From Nitrosopumilaceae archaeon (GTDB lineage: Archaea > Thermoproteota > Nitrososphaeria > Nitrososphaerales > Nitrosopumilaceae): 64,000 nucleotides of DNA. Location: positions 352,001 through 416,000 of the forward strand of contig CBDBMG010000001.1 of assembly GCA_965207375.1 (NCBI GenBank), given 5' to 3'. Every line of letters begins with the position of its first letter. The first letter of the stretch is position 1. Made by a program: the position numbers and the translations under genes. Below, one piece after another: positions 1 to 11,560 of the stretch. The notes under the pieces are model-generated. The model did no database searches, was not told the DNA's origin, and saw nothing but the letters and a program-made list of their open reading frames with translations.

Positions 1-94
1 CTACTTTAAAATGTTTGGAAAAACTGAGAGAAATTGCTTAATATTATAGCCATAATCAAGTATTATCCAGACATAGTAACAACATAGTTACAGA

Positions 95-340
95 TGGCCA
101 GGTCTGCTTTTACTAATAGCATTTTGTTGACCCTGTAAAGCCATGAGAGTCATAAAAGAGCCTGTGGGGTTACTGAAGGGCATTAATAAGGTGGCATGGG
201 GTGCCAAGCTGCTCCCAATGTCCACCTCAGCTTGTGCTAGGGCCACTGTGATCAACTACTGAACATACAGCTTGGCTGCCTCTGTCTACTGGCAGTTATA
301 ACCAACCCACCATCACCCTCCCCACCCCCTTCCCACATGC
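95..340 (-). repeat. Dispersed repeat fragment, inverted homolog of ~27950-28205
   Basis: ccaggtctgctttt...agcattttgttgaccctgtaaagccatg is the reverse complement of catggatttacagggtcagaaaaatgct...aaagcagacctgg near 28154-28201. Confidence 0.6.
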
Positions 341-1644
341 TCATCCCTTATATGCAACATTCATGATATTCCGAAAACATTCAAAGCCTCTCAAAATCAA
401 CGATTTCAACTACGTAGCTGCCAACTTTGTTCATGTAATGCTAGCTACATATAAAACTAGTTGCAAATCTAGAGTGATTAATATTATATACAATTAAGCA
501 TACAGTGTCTTGAATAATTAAAATTGGTATTTGTGACAATACAGCCAGTTTTCAGGCACTAACAGTACAAGATTAGCTGTGATGCATAGCCACGCTGAGT
601 TCACCCTATCATGAAGCAACTACAGTAAAAACCCAACTAAACTGCTACTGTTCTTGGCTTTGTATTGTTAATTTGCTAGATTGTAAGTCAGTGTGAAAAT
701 AGTCTGCATTAGCTATACATTGCTGATTCTTTAAATAGCTCTCCTGTGTGTTAACATATTACTGTATAACCGATAACACATCAGTACAATAGCTGGTTCA
801 ATATTTTCCAACATACAAACTATATTCTGTATAAGCAACAATGCAGTCAAATGATTGGTGTGCTATAGTTAGCATTTATCCTTACCTATGGTGATCATGA
901 GAGTGGCTGATAGCCATTAATGTGATGTACATGGATAGTCACTTTACGAAAGTTTGTCCATAGTTGCAAGTAATATCATAAATGGCTTCTGTGTAGCAAA
1001 ATTATATGCTTTGTTATATGAGTATTTCATCAGTAGAAGTTTTGTTACAATGCCTCTAAACATTGCTATGTTAGCAGGAGGCAAGGAGGAAGGTACGTAT
1101 AGTAGAAACATGTAGCCAGAGTGGATAGATTTCATTTTCACAGTCAGCGAATTATTGCTAAGTATTAGCAGGTTTTGTGTTGGCAGCAAAATCCTTTTCC
1201 CTTGAATAGAGTGAGTGACAAGAGAGTGCTAAGATGATGGTAGCTATTGGGCAGTAGCTACACACTTAATATTTCATTGGCATATGTATGTATGTTACAG
1301 CTTTGTTTAGAGAACATGACCTTTGATGGTTTTAAAGTAGAGCACTTTTTCTTGTTGGACACAGTAGAACCACTCTGATTTTAAGTATCTTTTGCCATAG
1401 TATTTCCCAACCACCTTCCTGTTATTTTTAAAAAATCAGTATCCAATTTATGTCAAAAGAATATAGCTAACAGACAGCTGAACTACAGCAAAAATTGAAA
1501 TCATGCCGCTCTTTTTATTTGCCACATGGAAGTTGTTTTACATCACGTTTGTGACCTGTTTGCAACTACTCTGTACAAGACACAATTTGACAATTTGTCT
1601 CTCTGACTTATTTAATTACTCTTGTTTTTTATCTATTTTATTAG

Positions 1645-1959
1645 GTGTTCCACCAGACATTGATGAGGGGCCATTTATACCACAGCCACCTACTGTTATG
1701 CCTGGAGACATGACAGTTACAATAGGAACTCCTACATATATAGTTGATGGATTTGACGTTACTCTTGTCTGTAACATTGCTAGTGGAACACGCCCAATTA
1801 CCATTATGTGGATTCGTAATGGAGCATTTTACCCAGCTGGAGGAAATCAATCTATTATTATAGTACCTGATACTGATTATAATGATGGCGATGTCTTCAC
1901 TTGTAGAGCTGATAATACTATAGGGTTTGACATGGAGAATACTACTATAAATGTGTTTG
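1645..1959 (+). CDS. Internal exon encoding one Ig (I-set-like) domain of a multi-Ig protein
   Basis: ttag| acceptor and |gtaagt donor; 315 nt, phase 1-1; VTLVCN..ITIMWIRNG..DGDVFTCRADN gives the Ig Cys-Trp-Cys pattern. Confidence 0.88.
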
Positions 1960-3656
1960 GTAAGTGAAATTTCCATATTTTCATTCATAGTAACATACAA
2001 TTAATATACAAGTCAGTCTTATTGCATAATTTCATGTCAATGATATAAGAATTGAAATATTGACAACTTTACTGAAATCTGTGTTATCAAGCGGTAATGA
2101 GTTACACAGCCAAGTAAAGTAGACTTAATTCATGCATAGTCATAAAGCATGCCACCACCACAATGAGTATTGCAAGCATGTAATAAAACACCAAACTGAA
2201 CTGTTACTAAACCTTTTAAATACTGGGCTCCATAAAACCACTTATCAGTAATCTTCACTATGTCTTCCAACCTAGGATGTTAATCCTTTTCTAGCTTCTA
2301 CTTATGGATTCTATAGGACATTCTAAGTCTAGACCTGTCACTGGTTTTTACAAAAGTTTCTTGACTTAAATAGTATCATGCACTTATGATATAGTTTGGT
2401 CTTTCTCTAAATCAACTTTGTGGGTTTGTAAAATTTCAGGCTGAACCACCTCTGTAATATTGTATGGCTCATGTGTCCTTGACTAATTAAGGTGTGAATT
2501 TTATGTTTTACATTAGCTAATAACATTGTACTGCATAGCATATGTGAGAGCAACACTGATTGTCAGCCTTGTTTGAAATTTATATTTGTTTTAATGTATA
2601 GAAGCCATTCATATCATTTTCATAAGTGACTATGCTAATGTAACACATAAAAATTCCTCCAAACTGTTTTTATTCAACCAATAAAGTTATGATACCTTTA
2701 GGAGAGGGGAGACTTATCAGACAAAGAAATTAAAGACGATGGTATCGTTACAGTTGGAGTTGGAATTGCCATACAATATGCTCTATATAATTCCCACTCA
2801 AGTCACATTAATCACCTAAACTAAAGTATGCATGCAAGTACCACACTTAGTGCTTTTTATACATGCATCTATCTACTTAACAGTAGTCAGACATCATACC
2901 ACTGTTACTGTTCATTACATAATTTTTGAGACCTATTAAAATCAGGTGATACTTGTCTTTATCAGGTGGTCATAATATAAGGGTTATTGATAAGGTGTGT
3001 CATTGTACACATATCCGGCTTAATTTTTTCTCATTGAGTAGCTAGCTATAATTAATAGTCTGTTTTCTGGGCAATGATGTAGTTTATTTTTGCATTTCAC
3101 TATCTCAGTAAAGTAACTCTTACTCTTTTAACAAGCAACCTAATTTTTCTAAGAAAGTAAGTCCTCAGACCCCGCCCTTAATTTAAACATCCTTTGAATT
3201 TTGTTCCATATATGTAGAGCTTGTCTTTGCTCTTCGTACTTTAAGATCACGGAGTTACCAAATAAAATATGATTAAGGTGCTTAATTTATAAGCCTTCTA
3301 TGACTGTTTTAAGTTACAGAAGATACTTCACATTTGTATTAAAAGAATAATATAAACTACCCAATAAGTTAACCACTTAGCTATAAGAGTTGACAGTTAT
3401 AAGTGATGAAACTATAAGAACTAATTCGGAATGTTCAGGGAATGTAAATTAGGTCCTTTTGAACATTTTTATAGCTTAACATGACTTTTGATAATATTTG
3501 CAGTGCATTATCACTTTGCTTGTATAGAAGTCATTATTAGACCATCATCTTTTCCAAATCATTCTGAATTGAGAGAATGGAAACACTATAATATTACTTA
3601 AACAATATTCATTTCTATTGATACCAGTATAGCAAAATTTGTATAGATTACTTGAT

Positions 3657-3900
3657 AGTTGGTATTTTTGATGAATAGTGTGCCTGTATACATGCCAACT
3701 AACTGCATGTATCGGAATGTATCAAAAACCCCTTAAGGTGATGAGGTAATACAACTAACACGCAACCCATGTATTTCTGTAAGACAGTTGGTATTTTTGA
3801 TGAATAGTGTGCCTATATACATGCCAACTAACTGCATGTATCAGAATGCATCAACAACCCCTTAAAGTGACAAGGTAATACGACCCATGTATTTCTGTAA
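3657..3900. repeat. Two-copy ~130 bp tandem duplication
   Basis: agttggtatttttgatgaatagtgtgcct...acccatgtatttctgtaa occurs at ~3657 and ~3786. Confidence 0.85.
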
Positions 3901-3979
3901 AACACGCAATCATTACGTAACAGTTGGATTAATAACTACCCACTCCAGGTTTTGTTTAGCAAAAGTTTATAAACTCCTA

Positions 3980-4217
3980 TTATGACTGCTGTCACTATGG
4001 CTACTGTCGCTATGACTTCTGTGACTATCACTAGTTACTATGACTGCTATGACTATGACTACTGTGACTATGACTACTGTGATTATGACTACTGTGACTA
4101 TGACTACTATGACTATGACTACTGTGACTATGACTACTGTGACTATGACTACTATGACTATGACTATGACTACTGTGACTATTGTGACTATTGTGACTGT
4201 GACTGCTGTCACTATGA
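3980..4217. repeat. Compound (GAC TAT/TAC TGT)n microsatellite
   Basis: Iterated gactatgactactgt units. Confidence 0.9.
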
Positions 4218-4243
4218 GTATTGTGAATTTGTGTTGTTTGCAG

Positions 4244-4585
4244 GGCCACAACAAATTCTACCTATTCCTTTCCCAACTCCTCCACCTGGTGAAATAACAG
4301 TCAGTACTGGTCAACCTATGAATACTACTATTATTACACTTGGCACAGATGTTACTATTTACTGTCCATCCAGTGGTATTGATACTCCTAGTATTGAATG
4401 GTTCAGAAATAGTGTAATGGTTGTGGCTGGTGGTCGGTTTACAATCTCTACAACAACATTACCTGGAGCAGTCATTACTAGTGTTTTAAGAATTGATGAT
4501 TTTCAAGGATCAGATGCTGGTACTTATACCTGTACTGCTACCAATGTAGTGGGTTCAGATGATGGAGGTACTACATTGCTAGGAG
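4244..4585 (+). CDS. Internal exon encoding one Ig I-set domain
   Basis: ttgcag| acceptor and |gttagt donor; 342 nt, phase 1-1; VTIYCP..PSIEWFRN..LRI..DAGTYTCTATN. Confidence 0.88.
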
Positions 4586-5199
4586 GTTAGTTGTTACAGG
4601 CTACATATTTCATTTCATTGTTATGTCAAATTTGTTGTAACACCTTCACACAATTACATCAAAGGATGCAGGTGTGGATATCAGCACACTTGGCTGTGGT
4701 ATAACCTGGACATCAAAGTGTATAAGTGTGGCATAATCTGATGTCACCTATTTGAAGTGTTCAAAAACTTTAACTTGGTCTTTATATAGTCACACCAATG
4801 CAATATCGATTGTAGTTTTTAGTTTTTAAGCTGATTATTAATTGCCATTTCAATACAGTTTTGTTTTTAATCTAAAAATGTTTCTAAAGGCTATCTGTTA
4901 TCTATTTCAAGTTTATAAGCTGAAGTATAACTAAGCGCCATTCGAGCTGAGTTGCTCACGTGACAAAAATAATCTATTTACTGTGTGACTGTATGTATAT
5001 TAATCTACTTTAGTTACAATACTCACCATTATATTAAGCCCATTATAAATCTTGCAGCTTTATAAAAAGTTGTGGTAAACCCACAATCACTGCCACTACC
5101 ATGCAAGAACGTCATGACAATGATAAAATAGAGACCCACAATGAGTACTCATTACTATATAAAGAGGCTGAGAGTTTAGCATCAAGGCCATCCAATTGG

Positions 5200-5562
5200 T
5201 AGTGATGTGTGATATTGAGTTTTTATAGACTATACGATATCAATATAATAATTACTTTACAAGGTCAATATCAATACGATAATAATATCTGCTATATGTA
5301 CCAAGTACCCACTGCCAAGTAAATGATTAGTTACTATAAGGGTTTGCTACTGCAGGTTTTTATAAATGCTTGCTAATTTCAGTAGAGAAGTTTAATATTT
5401 TTTACAGCAAACTCATCGAAGGTATGATATTTGAACAACTTTACATGCAAAAATCTTTAAACGATAAATTGTTTATGTAAAGTAAAAATCGATAATGAAA
5501 TCGATACGGTATCATCGATTATTGCAATGTGGATAAAAGAAACGATATATTGCACATCATTA
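5200..5562. mobile_element. hAT-like MITE with 8 bp TSD
   Basis: Ends tagtgatgtgtgatat / atattgcacatcatta; TSD ccaattgg at 5192-5199 and 5563-5570. Confidence 0.8.
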
Positions 5563-5666
5563 CCAATTGGTGTCCTCTATAGGCACCATTCTTTTAATTG
5601 TGACATCACAGCGGCAAGATGCCCTCCAGAAAAGCAGACCAGTTCATATTGGACAATAGAGACCGA

Positions 5667-5868
5667 GGGATCCTTCATTCTTTGAAATGTCGTTGATCAA
5701 CTCTGAAATTTATTTGAAATTTTTTATTAAAATAAATTTTGAAATTTGAAATCTTATTTTTGGTTATGTTTGGATATTGGAAGTCATTGTGTTCGGGAAA
5801 TTTAAAATTCAGCCTAAATATTAGCAAATTTTAAATGTTGTTGACAAATTTGAGGAGTGAAGGACCCC
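5667..5868. mobile_element. MITE with terminal inverted repeats
   Basis: gggatccttcattc ... gagtgaaggacccc; TSD unclear. Confidence 0.55.
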
Positions 5869-6294
5869 AGTAGAGACACTGTGCATGGGGTTGAGTTTCT
5901 CAAAGTTGGGGACTCTTCCCCTCCAGCTCCCTAGTCCCCATTCCACTGCCACCAATAATAAGAGTTGAAGAAAGTTTAAATACATAGTTTCTAAGATCAA
6001 GATTTATCCATCAAATTCCAAAAAGAGTTATAGCCATGCAGCCTGTCATCAAAATTTTACCAATAATTTTAATGGCTCATGTAATCATCAAAACTTTAGC
6101 TAGTTACATGACTACCTATCAATTATTTGCACTACTATATTAAATAGACACAGTTACTAACTGCATAAGTATACAGCTAGCTATTATAAATTTATCAGTG
6201 AAGTATTTATAGTGTATATAATATATATAGCTATAACTACATAGGTAATGTAAATGTTGTCAGTTAACATAAATTTTAATTGATATAGCAACAG

Positions 6295-6612
6295 CTCCAC
6301 CAGTTATTGTTGAGGGACAATGCATACCACAACCAGAAGTTATTCCTAATAATGATGTAACAGTGATGATAGGATCTCCTGCATACATTGCTGATGGATA
6401 TGATCTCACTATCACTTGTAATATTATTAATGGAATACCTCCAATAAATATTAGTTGGTATCGTAATGGAGTAGTTGATTCATCCAGAGGAAGCACATCA
6501 ACTATCACAATATCAAATGTGGACATTAATAAAGATAATGGTGTAGTCTATACCTGTAGAGCTGAAAATGATAACGGATATGATGAGCAGCTCACTAGTG
6601 TTAATGTGTTTA
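6295..6612 (+). CDS. Internal exon encoding an Ig domain, paralogous to exon 1645-1959
   Basis: acag| acceptor (alternative in-frame AG 6 nt upstream) and |gtaagt donor; 318 nt, phase 1-1; IPQPEV..TVMIGSPAYIADGYDLTITCNI..WYRNG..YTCRAEN. Confidence 0.88.
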
Positions 6613-7898
6613 GTAAGTTAACAAATGTATATGGAGAGAGGAGTTGTATTGTTGTATGTGAAAATTAATAATCATACTAGAAGGTGAGAGGTGATAGTAC
6701 TGTCGCTACTGAAATCACCACCCATGTTGCAACGATACACAGTGAATAATCAACAAAACTGAAGTTTGCCCAGAGCCACCGTGCCTTGTTATATACGGTA
6801 CAGTCCAACTACAACTCCACATTATCATGCGTTATTACATGTGTTCACACATGGCTACATGGAAAGAGCTGTCGTGCCCCACACTATGTGGCTGCATGTC
6901 CCACGGCCACATCCAACATTGTCACGCATGTCCATGCGTGGAAATTAACAGCTACACGGCTATAAGAGCTGTTGTGGCTGCGTGTCCTACTCAACTTCAT
7001 GCAGAGGGCATTCATAGAAATTATATCACTGTACCTGTTAATATTGAAATATAATTGGTACGCCTCATCACGGTTCTTTAGTTCCGGCAACATTGTAACG
7101 GCCACAACTATGTCATGGAGGACACTTCAGAATGCACCACTACCTTTTGTTTGCTACTATTAATATTACTACCAGATTAACTAAGTAAGTAAAGAGGCCT
7201 TCAAATCATCAGTTTTCTTGTACCTCAAAACTTTGAAATAATTGACATGTGAGCCAAACAGTTTTCGTTTCGTGGTTTTTGTGATGATCAGGTGAAGGCT
7301 AAGGTGTTAGAGATCAAATGTCTCCTTGAAACTTATTGCGTAAGTAAGTTATGTTTTATGTATTGAAGTAGTTAGGGGTGAATATATGGCGATGGAAAGA
7401 TTTCCTCGTCTAGCACACCAAGTATTTTATTTCAAGTTTCAATTGATAATAGTTTGCAAAAGCAGCCTGTAGGCAAATAATGTGTCTTAACATCAATAAG
7501 TTAGTTATATGAAGTTCTTAGTTTATAACCTTAATCTGTGTAATATGCAGAGGATATCTGATGATTTACATGCCGGGAATACTGGCCCATGTGTGAAACA
7601 GACCCATGTAGAAATAACACGTCCTTTGTGAGTTGTGTAAACAGTAGATTCACGCATGATTATTTTTCTCTTTCATGCTGAAACACATACCTTATTTGCT
7701 ATAGCTACGTATGTGCATGGTGGTTAAGATAGTATATACCACTTTGCGTGGGAGGATCAAGGGGAATTGCAGGGCAATATATCTTATATTGCCCTCTGCA
7801 GAGGGCAATATATATATTGCCCTCTCCAGGGGGCAATATTCAGATATTGCCCGGGAAGGTGGTTTCCAGCAATCCTTTGAACCACTCTTTGATACAAA

Positions 7899-8340
7899 GC
7901 TTTCATAGCTTTGATCCAAATGCTGTTTGGACTGCATTTGTGTAGTAAGTATTGATCAATCCTTTATATAGTGAGCCATATGGGATTTGATTGTGGGTTT
8001 CAATATAGTATCACAAAAGCGCTTTCATAGCTTTGATCCAAATGCTGTTTGGACTGCATTTGTGTAGTAAGTATGTATGTATTGATCAATCCTTTATATA
8101 GTGAGCCATATGGGATTTGATTGTGGGTTTCAATATAGCATCACAAAAACGTTTTGATCATCAAATCACAGTGCTATGATGTATGGGGTGGGGCTTGGGG
8201 TGATGTTCGCCCACACATGATTGCATATTGAGCTGATGTTTGCCCATGGGTCACTAGTATGATTAATTATTTATATAGTGAGCCCTACAAGATTTAATTG
8301 TGGGTTTCAATATGACATCATAAAAACGTTTTGATCATTA
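7899..8340. repeat. ~125 bp tandem repeat (two full copies plus one partial)
   Basis: gctttcatagctttgatccaaatgctg...gggtttcaatatag at ~7899 and ~8021; partial copy at ~8270. Confidence 0.8.
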
Positions 8341-8441
8341 AATTCAAACCCACAATGCAATCCAATAAGTCCCCATATAAATACAGGGAGGCCATGAAGC
8401 TATGATTGTGCTGGTTTGCCCACACATTAATTGGTATATAA

Positions 8442-8545
8442 TAGTTATACCATGTGCACTTGTGGTTTGTCTGATATATACACCCTCGGCCCTCGGGCTT
8501 TGGGTGTATATATCAGGCAAACCACTCGTGCCCATGGTATAACTA
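8442..8545. repeat. ~104 bp imperfect palindrome (MITE-like)
   Basis: tagttataccatg..ctgatatatacacc / ggtgtatatatcag..catggtataacta. Confidence 0.75.
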
Positions 8546-10218
8546 CTAAATATTCTACATTTGTTTTCATGATCACTGTGCTATGACCAAAGGTACATAG
8601 ATGCATGCAATGTTTTGTGAATACTATGGATGGCATAGCTAGTAGCTAGCTATAATGCAAACATCAGCATCAATATTGTATTCACATTAGCTGATGGTAT
8701 AAAATATGCATGCACATACTACAATTGTAGCTTATAGATAGCTAGCTAGCTTGCTACGTAACATCCTGTCAACTAGTTATGTTTGTTATTGTTCTAGCTC
8801 CATTATGTTCTCATGAAATTTGTAGATCTAGAAGAAATATCTTGTGCATAATGTAAGTTGCTCTATAGTCTACATACGTACGTAGGTAATAACAAAGGGC
8901 CCCAACTCCAAAAAATCTTGTATGATATTTCAAATCTTGATTTTGAGCAAGATTTCAAGATTTCTGTAAAGATGTCTACAAGATTTTAAATTGTATTTAC
9001 TATTTTTCTATGAATATATTTAATTTTGAATTACGACAGAAAGCAAGCTCATGGATCTGTGTATATCCAGAAACATTTGGTTTTAAGATTTCAGACTTCA
9101 AGATTTCTAAGAACCTATACGAGATTTCAATGGATTTGTTGTATGTATGTATATATGTATATATACCCCATAGCCCTAACTCTATGTGCTTGTGTAAACC
9201 TCAACTGGGATATTGCTCTGCTGCATATTACTCTACTGAAACACGACCACTCCCAAAAGCATGTAAAAGATGCAGAATTCCTACTGATTTGGATTGCATA
9301 AAGATGTGGTCTCAATGTGTTAAGAAACAAGATGAAGATGTTCATGGCCGAGTAAGTGCTATAACTAACTGTATAATATGTTATTGTTCAATGTCACATT
9401 AGTGACCAGCTAATATACATTCAGGAATAGCCACAGCTATCTTAGTTTGCCAAATCAGAATGTAAAATAGATCAGAGATTCGGCTTGTTTGTTAGCTAAC
9501 TAAAGGTAGCTATAGTAGCTAGGCTTAAAGCTGATTATGTGTCAAAATATGAAATTAATCAAGTCATGTGGATAATAGTCAGCAATGCAAGATGTGGCTA
9601 CAAGAATAAAATTGCATATCATAGAAATTATTTTAATCTTTAACTATAGAAGGATTAATACACTATTATATAGCTAGCTATATACACATGTAGCTATAAC
9701 TACGTATTCAGTTGAAATACCTGTAGTCACTGACATTGCAGTATAATGTGACTCACCTACCTAATACTCACAAAGATTTGTACCTATAAAATTAGCAGAT
9801 AGCTAGCTAGCTCAATTAGGCATTGTTACCTTACAAGCTAAGTAGCTAGCTATAGCTACTAGCCAAATATAGCTACATGTTGAGGGATATTACTTGCAAT
9901 AGAAAAGCCCACAGTATTAATTCCCTCCTAGTTTGTTGATACTTAAAATTATGGTTTCTTGTCAGGTATAACTAAACATTGTAGCTATAGTTACTTATAA
10001 AAAGCATTGATGTCCTAAACAAAAACCCTGGCTGATTGTAAAAAAAGTGTGAGGATATAGTTAAAGGTGGCTAAGTGACAATGCCAATCAATAAAAGCAT
10101 TTTTTAATGAAGTTTTGGTCACTTATATAACCATATTACAATGCCACTTATGATTGCATGGTCTCACATTTCTTTTACAGCCAGGCTGTTTTTGTTAGGT
10201 TATATACGTATATAGGTT

Positions 10219-10348
10219 ATACATACATACATACATACATACATACATACATACATACATACATACATACATACATACATACATACATACATACATACAT
10301 ACATGCATGCATGCATACATACATACATACATACATACATACATACAT
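10219..10348. repeat. (TACA)n microsatellite
   Basis: Direct inspection. Confidence 0.95.
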
Positions 10349-11560
10349 TATTACTGTCTGTTGTCACTTGTAGCCTACACGACGTATGAGGACTGCTACT
10401 AACTTCAAAATCTACATGCATCCTTGCTGACAAGTGAAGTCACAACAAAAAACTGGATTGAATAAATATTGTGTGCAAATAGATTTACTTTTGTATATTT
10501 CCCAATTTAGTTGATTTAGCCGTTATATAACCTGATGTTGTAGTTTAATGTGTAGCTATAGCTAGCAACAATGATATAGCTACATATTCAATCATAAAAA
10601 TGAGTTGTTTAACTCTAGAGATAACCTTGCACAATAGCATGATGATTATACTCACATGACGTGAATGTATTTTTAGTGCATTAATCTGTCATAACTACTC
10701 TCTGTACAGCCACATGTGCATGCACGGTCTGGTAATAGAAATTTACTAGCAGATGTACCTGCCCTATTATGTAAGGTGTCTATGCATAGATCATAACAGT
10801 CAACTACTCCACAATGGATTCCCTAGTCTACTGAGTCTACTTAGTTTCCCATGCTTGTTGTCCTATGGCTACATCGGTATAGTCTCTGCCTAATCTCCAA
10901 CACCTATAGCAAAATCACCCCAATCTTAAAAAGGTGATAAACACCTAATTCCTCATTATTGACCGATCAGTCTAACTCAAAGGTCCATTTAAAACAATGC
11001 ATTGGTGATGTTTAGTAGGAAACTTGAGAGATCTAGAAACAAAACAATGAGTGATATAGCTAATAGTGGTCATTCAGAGTTTGACCCAATCATCTATAGC
11101 TACTGTATGTAATACCATGTTGTTCAGGTCTGTAGAGGAGTGGTTTTGAAAGCCACCAGAACCTTCAATATAATATATTTTTTGTGTGCATGCTGCAGCA
11201 AAGAATTAACTATAAGACATTTTTCTCTCTATAATGTCTTGAGTCTGCTTCACCAGCTTGGCTGCAATTAGGCTTGCGCTGATTATGCCGGCATAATTTT
11301 GGGCGTAATGGGCATTTAAAAACATTGAGCATAATGCTGGCATAATAGGCAAAATTTCTAGCACGCGCCGCCATGCAACATACTCAAATCATTTATAACA
11401 TCCACAAAGTTATTATTACACACATACTGTACTTTCAGGAGACTGCTAGGCTCAATTTAGCAATTTTTACAACCACTTTTAGATGCTAGATCAGGCGCCA
11501 CTAAAAATAATTAAAATTATTATGTAAAAAGCTCTATTGTGGAAGAAATTTTACACTCTT

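Larger units (their letters stand above)
7247..10430 (+). pseudogene. Putative four-exon small Cys-rich gene or pseudogene: join(7247..7339,7551..7627,9174..9351,10374..10430)
   Basis: Donors gtaagt/gtgagt/gtaagt and acceptors gcag/atag/gtag are phase-compatible (0,2,0); AATAAA at 10461; codon 2 is TGA. Confidence 0.5.
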
